A stretch of 64,000 nucleotides of DNA from Pirellulales bacterium. Lineage in GTDB: Bacteria; Planctomycetota; Planctomycetia; Pirellulales; Lacipirellulaceae. The position numbers and the translations under genes are program-made. A model generated the notes under the pieces. That model was not told the DNA's origin. It saw only the letters and a list, made by a program, of their open reading frames with translations, and did no database searches. Shown here one piece after another: positions 52,219 to 61,336 of this stretch. The DNA is taken from positions 274 to 64,273 of the forward strand of contig JBBDWY010000040.1 of assembly GCA_040902605.1 (NCBI GenBank), written 5' to 3'. Position 1 is the first letter of the stretch, and every line of letters begins with the position of its first letter.

Positions 52219-53757
52219 ATGCAAGATTCGCCCTCCTTCTGGGATACCGCGTTGCCGCAAGCAGCCAGTTCGGCAGTGGATGCCGGCGATCCGCACAGCG
52301 CCCTTGCTCTCTACGAAGACGCGATTAATAAGGGTGCTTTCGACCCGATCACGCTCGGCAACTACGGCGTGCTGCTTTGGCGGCTCTATGAGTTCCGCAA
52401 AGGCGAGGAGGCGTTTGCGCGGGTGGTGGAAGATCCACGCGCCAATTCGGGCACGCTACGGCGCGTCGCCCATTGCTATTTCGAGGTTGGCCGCTTTGCC
52501 AAAGCGGTCGCGGTGATGCGCGTGGCCGTGGCCCGATCGCCGCAGCCCGACGCCTCAACCACCAACTCGCTGGCCTGGGTCTTGGAGCGCGACCACCAGA
52601 TCGACGAGGCCCGCCAGGTTGCCGAAGCGGCCCACGCCATCGACCCGTCGTACGGCCCCGCAGTGCGTCTGCTCGCGCATTTGGATCAGCGGGCGGGCGA
52701 CCTCGAGGGCGCCGTCCGCCGCATTACGGAGCAGTTTCGTCAACATCCGAGCGACTCCGATTGGGGCCTGCGGTACGAGCTGGCAGCGGTGTGCGATCGA
52801 CTCGGCCATTACGACGAGGCGTGGACCGCGCTGTGCCAGGCGAAGTCGCAGCTCGCCGAAAAGTCTGCGGAGCAGTTGCAGTACTCGTACCACATTCGCC
52901 AGCGGCAGTGGGAGCTCACCCAATCGGTCACGCCGGCCGATTTGCGACGCTGGCGCCAGGAAGGCAACGCCCTGACGCCCCAACGACGCATCGCCTTTCT
53001 CACCGGTTTTCCTCGATCGGGGACGACGCTTCTCGAACAGATCATCGCTACGAACGCCGACACGGTTGGCACGGACGAATCCGGTATTCTCCCGCACCAC
53101 TTCGTCTCGCCGCTCGTGTGGCGTGCCGCCGACGCGATGGACGCCATCCTCGAGCTGCGCTCCTTTGACGCAGAGCAGCTCACCGCCGGCCGAGAATCGT
53201 TTTACCAAATGACGGAAAGTTATCTCGACCAGCCGGTCGGCGAGCGGTTGCTTGTCGAGAAAACACCGTTGCAGACTGCCGACATGCCGCTGTCGTTGCG
53301 GATGTTCCCGGAAGCCCGCTGGCTGATCGCGCTGCGCGACCCACGCGACGTGGTGTTGAGCTACCTGTTCACGCTCATCCCTCTCAATTGGACCAGTGCT
53401 GCCGCGGCCGACGTGGTCGAGGCCTGCCGGTTTTACGCCGACACGATGCGGCATTGGCTTTGGTGGCGCTCCCGTTTGGATTGGCCAACGTGTGAAACGG
53501 CTTACGAGCGGCTGATCGCCGAACCTCAGGAGGAGTCGCGGCGCGTCGCCGAGTTCCTCGGTTTGTCCTGGGACCCCTCGATGGTCGATGAACGACACCG
53601 ATCCGAACGCAAAGCAGTCCGCACACCAACGTATGTGGACGTCATCAAGCCGTTGTACAAACGCTCGATCGGCCGCTGGCACAATTACCAACGATACTTG
53701 GAGCCAGGCCTGGAAATCCTTAGGCCGTTTGTGAAGGCGTTTGGTTACGAAGAGTGA
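52219..53757 (+). CDS. TPR-repeat + sulfotransferase-domain protein
   Basis: The N-terminal region is TPR-like. The PAPS-binding 5'-PSB motif is LTGFPRSGTTLLEQI and the 3'-PB block is ALRDPRDVVLS. The ORF opens at 52090, but that extension spans the leader hairpin. Confidence 0.85.
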   Translation: MQDSPSFWDTALPQAASSAVDAGDPHSALALYEDAINKGAFDPITLGNYGVLLWRLYEFRKGEEAFARVVEDPRANSGTLRRVAHCYFEVGRFAKAVAVMRVAVARSPQPDASTTNSLAWVLERDHQIDEARQVAEAAHAIDPSYGPAVRLLAHLDQRAGDLEGAVRRITEQFRQHPSDSDWGLRYELAAVCDRLGHYDEAWTALCQAKSQLAEKSAEQLQYSYHIRQRQWELTQSVTPADLRRWRQEGNALTPQRRIAFLTGFPRSGTTLLEQIIATNADTVGTDESGILPHHFVSPLVWRAADAMDAILELRSFDAEQLTAGRESFYQMTESYLDQPVGERLLVEKTPLQTADMPLSLRMFPEARWLIALRDPRDVVLSYLFTLIPLNWTSAAAADVVEACRFYADTMRHWLWWRSRLDWPTCETAYERLIAEPQEESRRVAEFLGLSWDPSMVDERHRSERKAVRTPTYVDVIKPLYKRSIGRWHNYQRYLEPGLEILRPFVKAFGYEE

Positions 53758-53873
53758 GGGTTGCTATATAGTGAATGAATGATCCGTCGCCGTGGGATCA
53801 CCTTACCAGCATATAGCCGGCTTCTCTGAATCCGGTTGCCCGGTTTCGCCGCCGTCACCGACCCCGACTTCAA

Positions 53874-55472
53874 GTGCGTCGCATGGCAAAACGCCCACGA
53901 CTCCCGCCAAAGGCCGCTCGGCAGGCATCCAACCGATCAGCCGAGATGGTCGATTCCTGGTCTCAACGCATTCAGGCCGCGCAACAGATTTGGAACAGCG
54001 GACATCATGCCGATGCGCTCAGCCTCTATGCGGAAGCCATTCGCCAGGAGCCGAACAATGTGCGGGCTTACATCATGGCGGCCCGGGCCTACGCGGAGAA
54101 GTTCGATTTCGAGAGCATGGAGCGGATGCATGAAATGCTGATTCGCCGGGCACCGCGACATCCGGGAGCCCATCATTACCTTGGAGAAACGTACGGCCTA
54201 CTGAAACTTCCCGACCGGGCGATCGCAAGCTATCAGGAGGCGGCGCGACTTCCCGGGGCCGGGCCGCCAACATGGATGGAACTGGCCAGGTTATACGAAA
54301 GGGGACATCGGCTGGATGAAGCCGAGGAACTAATCGAGCGAACCGTGCAATCGGGCTTTGCGCTGCCGCTCGTAGCGCTCGTAAGGGGGCGGATCCAACG
54401 GCGTCAGAACCGATTGGAGCAAGCGGAAGCGACATTCCGCGCGCTGATTCAACGAATTCCCGACGACTCGGAGTGGGCGTGTCAGGCCTGGAGTGAGTTG
54501 GCCCAGATGAAGGACCGCGAAGGCGATTGGGACGGGGCCATCGAGGCGATCGAGCGCTCGAAGCGTGTGCAAAAGTTGCACGAGGGGCCCCACTGGGCCG
54601 CATCGCAAAACTTGCACGCTCAAATGCGTGAAATGATCGCCAATATCACGCGCGATGATTTTCGACGCTGGCAGGACGCAATAGCCCATCTCACGCCCAA
54701 GCGTGTCGCACTGTTGACAGGCTTTCCCCGCTCCGGAACGACACTTCTGGAACAACTGCTCGACGCGCATTCCGATCTTATCAGTTCCGAGGAACGAGAC
54801 TTCATCGGCCGCGAATTGTTGCACACGTTCATGTCCCGGCGCGGCAAAACGCCGTTCCTCGACGTGCTGAACGAACGTGGCGTCGCCGAAATCGAGGCCC
54901 AGCGGGGGCGCTATTTTCATGCGATGGAGTACTTGCTCGGCGAGCCGATCGCAGAGCGCGTGCACTTGGATAAGAATCCGTCGTACAATCTCACGATTCC
55001 GATGATGCTCCGAGTTTTTCCGGAGACCCGGCTGATTGTCGCGTTGCGCGATCCGCGCGACGTCGTCCTGAGCTGCTATTTGCGCTATCTGCCGCTGAAT
55101 GCGGTCAGTGTGCGGTTCCTCGACGTGCAGCGGACCGCCGAGCGATATGCGTTCGACATGACGGCCTGGCTCAAATTCCGTGAGCTCGTCGAGGTGCCGT
55201 GGTGCGAAATCCGTTACGAAGATATCGTCGCCGATGTCGAGGGTCAGGCGCGCAAAGCGCTGGCCACATTGGACCTGCCTTGGGATAATCAAGTTCTTGG
55301 CTATCGCGAGCGTCTGTCGGCGACCAAGAAGGTGAGCAGCCCCAGCTACGAAGCGGTTGCCGAGCCGATTTACACGCGGGCGATTGGCCGTTGGAGAAAC
55401 TATCAGAAATATCTGGAACCCGCGCTCGAAACGCTCGAGCCATTTGTCCGCGAGTTTGGTTACGCATCATGA
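53874..55472 (+). CDS. TPR-repeat + sulfotransferase-domain protein (paralog of 52219-53757)
   Basis: It carries LTGFPRSGTTLLEQLL, ALRDPRDVVLS and the shared C-terminal block IGRWRNYQKYLEP. The possible starts are GTG 53874 and ATG 53883. Confidence 0.85.
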   Translation: MRRMAKRPRLPPKAARQASNRSAEMVDSWSQRIQAAQQIWNSGHHADALSLYAEAIRQEPNNVRAYIMAARAYAEKFDFESMERMHEMLIRRAPRHPGAHHYLGETYGLLKLPDRAIASYQEAARLPGAGPPTWMELARLYERGHRLDEAEELIERTVQSGFALPLVALVRGRIQRRQNRLEQAEATFRALIQRIPDDSEWACQAWSELAQMKDREGDWDGAIEAIERSKRVQKLHEGPHWAASQNLHAQMREMIANITRDDFRRWQDAIAHLTPKRVALLTGFPRSGTTLLEQLLDAHSDLISSEERDFIGRELLHTFMSRRGKTPFLDVLNERGVAEIEAQRGRYFHAMEYLLGEPIAERVHLDKNPSYNLTIPMMLRVFPETRLIVALRDPRDVVLSCYLRYLPLNAVSVRFLDVQRTAERYAFDMTAWLKFRELVEVPWCEIRYEDIVADVEGQARKALATLDLPWDNQVLGYRERLSATKKVSSPSYEAVAEPIYTRAIGRWRNYQKYLEPALETLEPFVREFGYAS

Positions 55473-56776
55473 GATTTCTCGTTGTGGATGAAGGCAATGC
55501 GCGTCGGGCCGCTCGGTCGCGCACGGAAAAGGGGCTCGCAATCGTCTGTGGCACAATTGCGGCGGCGGTCGCTTTGGCATCGACCGCCGCGGCCCAACCG
55601 GTCGATTCGCTGCGGGTGATGACGTACAACATCCTGGTGGGCGGCGCGGCATATGGACCGTTGTCGCGGACGGTCGGGGTGATTCAGACGGCCCAAGCCG
55701 ACGTCGTCGGCATTCAGGAGGTCGGCGGGAGCACGCAGGCAATCGCCAATACGCTTGGTTTTCACTATCACAACTTCGACGGCGACAACGCGATCGTCAG
55801 CCGATATCCCATAACCCAGATTCTCGACCGGGGCGTGAAGCTGCAACTGTCGCCGGGGCAGGAGGCGTACATCTTCGACGTCCACCTGGCGCCGTATCCG
55901 TATCAGCCCTACGATATTCGCGACGGGTTCGTGACGTCGGAGGCCCAGGCGATTGCCGAAGCGCAAGCGACCCGTGGCGGGAGCGTGGCGTCGCTCTTAG
56001 ACGGCATGTCGCCTTACGTTGCTTCCGGCAAGCCGGTGTTCCTGGTCGGCGACTTCAATGAGCCGTCGCACCTGGACTGGACGCAAGAGGCAGCGGGCGC
56101 CGGCCTGAATTTCGGCATGAAAGTCGACTGGCCCGCGTCGCGGGCCGTCACGAACGCCGGCCTCATCGACGCCTTTCGCGAGCTGCGCCCCGACGAAATC
56201 AATGACCGCGGAGAGACCTGGACGCCTGGCTCTCCCGCTCCGTTCAACGACCCCAACGAGGTTCACGACCGCATCGATTTCGTGTACTACACGCCCGCGA
56301 TCGTTGAGCCGCTCGAGGCGCTCGTCTTGGGCTACGATGCGAATGACGGCAACACCGACATCGGCATCCAGCCGTATCCGTCGGACCATCGCGCGGTGGT
56401 CGTCGAATTCGACGTCACCGCCTGCTCGGTGTTCGGGGACTTGAACGGCAGTTGCGGCATTACGGCGGCTGACTGGGCAATCTTGCGCAACGGCCAACAT
56501 GCCAATTTAATCGGTTTGACGCAGAACGAGGCCTGGGCCATGGGCGATCTGAATGGCGACTATCGTAATGATCACGCCGATTTCGTGCTCTTCAAGACAG
56601 CCTACGAAGCGGCCCACGGCACGGGCTCGTTCGCGCGCATGCTTCGCGTGCCGGAGCCTGCGAGCGGAACGTTGGCAATGTGCGGCGTTGCTTTCGTATT
56701 CGTAAGCAGACGGCGAGTTCAGAGCGCGGCTGCCCGCCGTTCCAACTTTTCAATCAGCTCGGGCACGACCGTGTAA
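55469..56776 (+). CDS. Secreted endonuclease/exonuclease/phosphatase (EEP)-family protein with dockerin-like repeats and PEP-CTERM anchor
   Basis: EEP blocks are present (LRVMTYNILVGG, VVGIQEV, FLVGDFNEPSH, SDHRAVVVEF). The C-terminus carries GDLNGS...AADWAILR and GDLNGDYRNDHADFVLF, then VPEPASGTLAMCGVAFVFVSRRR. The ATG overlaps the sulfotransferase stop (ATGA). Confidence 0.8.
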   Translation: MRFLVVDEGNARRAARSRTEKGLAIVCGTIAAAVALASTAAAQPVDSLRVMTYNILVGGAAYGPLSRTVGVIQTAQADVVGIQEVGGSTQAIANTLGFHYHNFDGDNAIVSRYPITQILDRGVKLQLSPGQEAYIFDVHLAPYPYQPYDIRDGFVTSEAQAIAEAQATRGGSVASLLDGMSPYVASGKPVFLVGDFNEPSHLDWTQEAAGAGLNFGMKVDWPASRAVTNAGLIDAFRELRPDEINDRGETWTPGSPAPFNDPNEVHDRIDFVYYTPAIVEPLEALVLGYDANDGNTDIGIQPYPSDHRAVVVEFDVTACSVFGDLNGSCGITAADWAILRNGQHANLIGLTQNEAWAMGDLNGDYRNDHADFVLFKTAYEAAHGTGSFARMLRVPEPASGTLAMCGVAFVFVSRRRVQSAAARRSNFSISSGTTV

Positions 56777-57696
56777 ACGTCGCCGACGAGCCCGAAATCC
56801 GCAACGTCGAAGATCGGCGCTTCCGGATCGCTATTGATCGCCACAATCTTGCGAGAGTTTTTCATTCCCGCCAGATGTTGGACGGCGCCGGAAATTCCCA
56901 GCGCGATATACAGTTCTGGGGCAACGATTTTGCCGGTTTGGCCAACTTGCAACTCGTTGGGCGTGATTCCCGCATCCACCAGTGCGCGAGAGCTTCCGAC
57001 TGCCCCGCCCAAGACGTCCGCCAATCGGCCCACGAGACGTTCGAAATCCTCGCTGTTTTTGAAAGCGCGGCCACCCGAAACGACAACTCGCGCTTCGGTC
57101 ACGTCCGGCCGGGAGCTCTTTTTGGACCGCAACCCTTCACATTGGACGCGGCTGGCAAGCACGGCCGCGTCCAATTCGACTCGCTCGATCGAGCTTGGCG
57201 TCGCGGCCTTTTGGGCGGCTGGGTATGCACTCGCGCGGACCGTGACTATTTGCGGCGTGCCGATGAGGCGGAGCGTCGTCACAATTGCGCCGGCGTACTG
57301 CGGGCAATCGAATAGCGATCGGCCGTCGACGAATTCGTAGCGAACCACATCACTCGCCATTGCGCCGCCCAACAGGGCAGCCGCTCGAGGCAAAACGTCT
57401 TTCGCGAAAGTCGACGAAGCGCCGCAAACGAGATCGAATTGCTGCGACCGCACTACGGTAGCAATGGCCCGTGAAACTGGCTCAGCAAGCGGCTGTGCAA
57501 AAATTGGCGAATCAACCACGAACACGGGCGCATATTGCGCCGCTTCAGTTGCTGGCTGATCCGGTCTATCGCCCAAGACTAGCCAGGCCAAGGTGCCGTC
57601 GCGGGCGTCTGCGACCGCCTTGGCAAATGAGAGGCACGCAAGGCTCGCCGCCCGAATTGCTTCACCGTCGTGTTCGGCAACAACCAATGCTCGCAT
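56719..57696 (-). CDS. etfA: Electron transfer flavoprotein alpha subunit
   Basis: The FAD-binding C-terminal block reads PELYIALGISGAVQHLAGMKNSRKIVAINSDPEAPIF. The ORF opens at 57711. Confidence 0.9.
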   Translation of the reverse strand: MRALVVAEHDGEAIRAASLACLSFAKAVADARDGTLAWLVLGDRPDQPATEAAQYAPVFVVDSPIFAQPLAEPVSRAIATVVRSQQFDLVCGASSTFAKDVLPRAAALLGGAMASDVVRYEFVDGRSLFDCPQYAGAIVTTLRLIGTPQIVTVRASAYPAAQKAATPSSIERVELDAAVLASRVQCEGLRSKKSSRPDVTEARVVVSGGRAFKNSEDFERLVGRLADVLGGAVGSSRALVDAGITPNELQVGQTGKIVAPELYIALGISGAVQHLAGMKNSRKIVAINSDPEAPIFDVADFGLVGDVYTVVPELIEKLERRAAAL

Positions 57697-57780
57697 CGCA
57701 CCGACCACCAATTTTTGCGTCCATGGCGAGCCGCCGGGCTTGTCCCGGCGGGGATAAACCCCGCCGCTCGCCGGGTCATT

Positions 57781-58539
57781 TTAGGGGCGCTTAATTCCGA
57801 CCTCATTCGTCAGCCGTTCGAGCAGCTCATCAACCGAGTTCAGCCGCTCGCAGCGCCGCTGCGTGTCCGCTGAGCGGTAACGAATCACTTCCACACGAGG
57901 TTCGATCGCGACGCCCAGCTCCTGGTCGGTAACGACATCAAGCGGCTTCTTGCGGGCCTTCATGATTCCGGCCATCGACGCATAGCGGGGCTCGTTCAAC
58001 CGCAGATCAACCGTGACTACAGCCGGAAGCGGAAGCTTTACGGTTTCAATCCCGTGGTCGGTCTCCCGCTCGACGCGAATCTGTTGGCCGTCGATTTCCA
58101 GACGAGAGGCAAATGTCGCCTGCGGCCAGTCCAAAAGGGCCGCCAAAAACTGGCCCGTCTGATTCGCGTCGTCATCCACGGCTTGCTTGCCCATCAACAT
58201 CATGTTGGGTTGCTCCCGCTCAACAACGGCGCGGAGCAACCGGGCCACGTTCCAGGGATCTAACCGGTGGCTGCATCGCACATGTATAGCGCGAGCAGCG
58301 CCCATCGCCAGCGCCGTGCGCAACTGTTGCTCGTAACTGTCCTCGCCGATGCCGACGGCGATCACGTCGACCGGCTCCGTCAAGAGCTCGCTGATGCGTA
58401 CCGCCTCTTCCAAGGCGATCGCATCGAACGGGTTGATCACGAACGGGATATGATCAACGGCTACGCTCGCGCCGTCCTGCGTGGCGACGATTTTTTGATC
58501 CGTGTCCGGAACGCGCTTGATGGAAACGAGGATCTTCAT
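57781..58539 (-). CDS. etfB: Electron transfer flavoprotein beta subunit
   Basis: The N-terminus MKILVSIKRVPDTDQKI is typical of EtfB. The ATG overlaps the upstream oxidoreductase stop by 4 nt. The ORF opens at 58614. Confidence 0.9.
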   Translation of the reverse strand: MKILVSIKRVPDTDQKIVATQDGASVAVDHIPFVINPFDAIALEEAVRISELLTEPVDVIAVGIGEDSYEQQLRTALAMGAARAIHVRCSHRLDPWNVARLLRAVVEREQPNMMLMGKQAVDDDANQTGQFLAALLDWPQATFASRLEIDGQQIRVERETDHGIETVKLPLPAVVTVDLRLNEPRYASMAGIMKARKKPLDVVTDQELGVAIEPRVEVIRYRSADTQRRCERLNSVDELLERLTNEVGIKRP

Positions 58540-59810
58540 CGTGACGAATGGGCGCCGGTCACGACTTCTGGCCGCTCGATCTTGCCATAGTAATTGCCGG
58601 CCATCGAGACACATTTGGCCTCGATGTCCGCGCGATCCAAAAAACCAGGCATGTCGAAATAGCGATCCGCTTCAATGGAGGTGACATCGTAACTACTCGT
58701 GCCATCGAGAATGAGCTGCGACATGATCAATCCGATCGCCGGGCTCTGCACAATGCCGTGGCCCGAGAAGCCGGCACAATGAAACAATCCTTCGATGTCC
58801 GGCATTTTCCCGCAGAACGGCCGCGCATCGGGCGTAAAGGTCATGATTCCCGTGGTGATCGTCATGGGAGTGCGTTCCGTGATCCACGGAAACCGCTGGT
58901 GCGCCGCGTCGATCAGGCGGGCAACTTGAATCGAGTCTCGGGCGGCTTTCATGCGAGACATGTCGAAGTCCATCGGCAGCTTTCGCATGTCGTGCAAATC
59001 GGGCTCCTCGTCGTACATGCCAACGATCAGGCCGCCGCTTTCAGGCCGGGTGTAGATCCGCAAGTTGCGATTGCGCACCGCGGGGCTGAGCCGGTGGACC
59101 GGCTGTGCAGGATCAGGCCGAGTCGTGAGATAATAATGGCCGATGGCCGCCGTCGGCAGCACCGCGTCGGCCAACTCAGCATTCAGGTACGACCAGGGCC
59201 CGCCCGCGTTGACAACCACTGGCGCGTGGTACTGCTCGCCCAGAGCGGAGACGCCCCGCACGTGGCCGCTTTCCAGAAGAATTTCGGTGACGGGCGTATG
59301 GGTTTTATACTTCACCCCGCGGTCTTTACCGATTTTGATGTAAGCGCTCACCAACTCGGCCGGCTGCAAGTGGCCGTCGGTGGGGCAATAGCAGGCGTCG
59401 ACGAGGTCGTCGCTCCGCATGTACGGCAACCGCCGCGCGACTTCGTCGATCGGCATGTGATCGATGTCGAAGCCGATCGATTTGCCCATATCCACCAGGG
59501 CGGCAATCTCCGTCGCCCGCTCCGGCGACTCGGCGATTCGCAGCGAGCCGGTCTGAACGAAGATCTCGACGCCGGCAAGTGGCTCCAGCTCTTTGACGAT
59601 GGCCACGCCGTCGATGAGCATCCGCGTATGCTCGGCATTGCCGCGAAGCTGGCCGAGCAGGCCGGCCGCCCGCCCCGTCGAGCCGTTGCCCAGCCGCTCC
59701 CGCTCCAGGACGACGACATCGGCGCCGCGTCCCGCGAGCTGCATCGCCGTGCTCAGCCCGGCGACGCCGCCGCCGATGATGATCGCATCCGCTGTTTGAG
59801 CTTTAATCAT
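58536..59810 (-). CDS. FAD-dependent oxidoreductase (DAO family; sarcosine/dimethylglycine/D-amino-acid oxidase-like)
   Basis: The dinucleotide-binding N-terminus reads DAIIIGGGVAGLSTAMQLAGRGADVVVLER. The protein is 424 aa and appears co-transcribed with etfBA. Confidence 0.85.
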   Translation of the reverse strand: MIKAQTADAIIIGGGVAGLSTAMQLAGRGADVVVLERERLGNGSTGRAAGLLGQLRGNAEHTRMLIDGVAIVKELEPLAGVEIFVQTGSLRIAESPERATEIAALVDMGKSIGFDIDHMPIDEVARRLPYMRSDDLVDACYCPTDGHLQPAELVSAYIKIGKDRGVKYKTHTPVTEILLESGHVRGVSALGEQYHAPVVVNAGGPWSYLNAELADAVLPTAAIGHYYLTTRPDPAQPVHRLSPAVRNRNLRIYTRPESGGLIVGMYDEEPDLHDMRKLPMDFDMSRMKAARDSIQVARLIDAAHQRFPWITERTPMTITTGIMTFTPDARPFCGKMPDIEGLFHCAGFSGHGIVQSPAIGLIMSQLILDGTSSYDVTSIEADRYFDMPGFLDRADIEAKCVSMAGNYYGKIERPEVVTGAHSSR

Positions 59811-59945
59811 GGCAATTGGAAGAAACGAGCAATTAAGTCAGTCTAATCCGATGACGGCACAACCGACAGGGCAGCGCCGCGCAAAACTAACGGCAAATAG
59901 CGCGGCGGAAGGCTCCGTTAGTATTCTTGGCACGGGCATAGCGAT

Positions 59946-61307
59946 ATGATCAAGGTGTCCACCGCTTTCAATGATTTGGGGAAGCTGCCTTTGAATCCAC
60001 GTTACGAACGCTGGCGATGGCAGACCTTCGGGATCACATGGCTGATCTATGCCAGCTTCTACTTGACGCGGCAGTCGTTCAGCGTCGCCAAGGTAGCGCT
60101 CGGCAAGGACCCCAACGTTGCCCTTAGCCGGACCGACTACGGCCGCGTCGACGCAGCGTTTCTGACGACGTATATGCTGGGACAATTCTTATTCGGAGCG
60201 CTCGGCGATCGCTTCGGACCCCGGCGCATTCTGCTGGCCGGATTGACATTAAGCATCCTGGCCGCCGTTGCCAGCGGATTCTCAAGCACGTTGGTGGCCT
60301 TCCTGGCGTTCGCCATGTTGCAGGGAATCGGCCAGTCGACCGGCTGGAGCAACACCACGAAAACAATGAGCTCGTGGTTTTCGCTCTCAGAGCGCGGGCG
60401 GGTGGTTGGCTGGTGGTGCACTCACTATACGGTGGGCGCGGCGGTTGCGCTCTATTCTGCCGGCTGGATGATGCAGCACTATGGCACAGTGCAAACCAGC
60501 GGCCCAGCGGAGTCTACGATTGTGCCGTTTTGGCCAGCGGCTTTCTGGGGTCCGGCCGCCGTCTTGGGAGCGGTTCTGTTGCTTTCGTGGCTGCTGCTGC
60601 GGGATCGGCCGGAAGATGTTGGACTGCCGCCCATTGAGAAATATCACGACGAGCCTCAATCGCTATTGAGCCCCGACGATCCGCGACATCCGGCAGCGGA
60701 CTATTCGTGGAAAATTATCGGCGAGGTGTTGGCGACGCCCAGCGTATGGATGCTGGCGATCTCTTATTTTCCAATCAAAATGGCCCGCTACTCGTTCTAT
60801 TTTTGGGGTCCAAAATACGTTTACGAAAGCCTCGGCATCGACGTCGAAATGAGCGCATTAACGGCCGCGGCCATGCCTATCGGCGGCTTGGTTGGAGTAA
60901 TTGCCATCGGCTACGTCAGCGATCGGGTATTTCAAAATCGACGAGTGCCTGCGACAGTCCTCTCGCTCATTGCAACGGCGGCGATTATATTTATTGCGCT
61001 GCGGCCCATTCACGATATTTGGGTGATGGCAGCGTTCTTATTTTTTGTCGGTGCTTTCCTTTTTGGGCCCGACTCGATGGTTTCCGCCACAGCCGCGATG
61101 GATTTTGGCACAAAGCGCGGAGCGGCTACAGCCACCGGCTTCGTCAACGGCATCGGCTCGATTGGAGGAATCTTGGGCGGATACTTACCGGGCAAGATTA
61201 CGACCGATACCGATTGGTCTCTGATGTTCTACGTGATGCCGCTCGGCTTAGTCGTTTCCGCTGTCGTTCTGTTACCACTTTGGCGGACGAAACCGCCCAC
61301 GGCCTGA
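59946..61307 (+). CDS. MFS transporter, organophosphate:Pi antiporter (OPA; GlpT/UhpC-like) family
   Basis: The N-terminus reads RYERWRWQTFGITWLIYASFYLTRQSFSVAK...GALGDRFGPRR. The protein has about 12 TM segments. Confidence 0.8.
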   Translation: MIKVSTAFNDLGKLPLNPRYERWRWQTFGITWLIYASFYLTRQSFSVAKVALGKDPNVALSRTDYGRVDAAFLTTYMLGQFLFGALGDRFGPRRILLAGLTLSILAAVASGFSSTLVAFLAFAMLQGIGQSTGWSNTTKTMSSWFSLSERGRVVGWWCTHYTVGAAVALYSAGWMMQHYGTVQTSGPAESTIVPFWPAAFWGPAAVLGAVLLLSWLLLRDRPEDVGLPPIEKYHDEPQSLLSPDDPRHPAADYSWKIIGEVLATPSVWMLAISYFPIKMARYSFYFWGPKYVYESLGIDVEMSALTAAAMPIGGLVGVIAIGYVSDRVFQNRRVPATVLSLIATAAIIFIALRPIHDIWVMAAFLFFVGAFLFGPDSMVSATAAMDFGTKRGAATATGFVNGIGSIGGILGGYLPGKITTDTDWSLMFYVMPLGLVVSAVVLLPLWRTKPPTA

Positions 61308-61336
61308 TTCTTCCATCCATGCGGAGAAGTTCCGCC

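Noticed and set aside
52555-55292. Long minus-strand ORFs (52555-53691, 378 aa; 54330-55292, 320 aa) antisense to the two sulfotransferase genes.
   Set aside because: They show the same shadow-ORF composition. The + strand frames carry complete PAPS-binding motifs and are paralogous to each other.
58548-59846. A 432-aa + strand ORF covering the whole FAD-oxidoreductase gene in antisense.
   Set aside because: It is a shadow ORF typical of GC-rich DNA. Its sequence is Arg/Gly/Ala/His-rich with no motifs, while the minus-strand gene has a clear FAD-binding fingerprint and operon coupling to etfB.
59926-59940. A sigma54-like TGGCAC-N5-TAGC element upstream of the MFS gene.
   Set aside because: The implied transcription start would fall at or after ATG 59946, the -12 box has a mismatch (TAGC against TTGC), and no enhancer-binding protein gene is nearby.
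59811-59945. A cobalamin riboswitch or ANTAR target upstream of the eut-associated operon.
   Set aside because: I could recognise no B12-box-like consensus and no pair of hexaloop hairpins. Only the interleaved stems, reported separately, are present.
60707-61336. A 210-codon N-terminal extension of the eutB reading frame, giving the 668-aa ORF in the track.
   Set aside because: The extension overlaps the MFS transporter gene in another frame and has unprotein-like sequence. The EutB homology begins at MKPFRATVG (61337).
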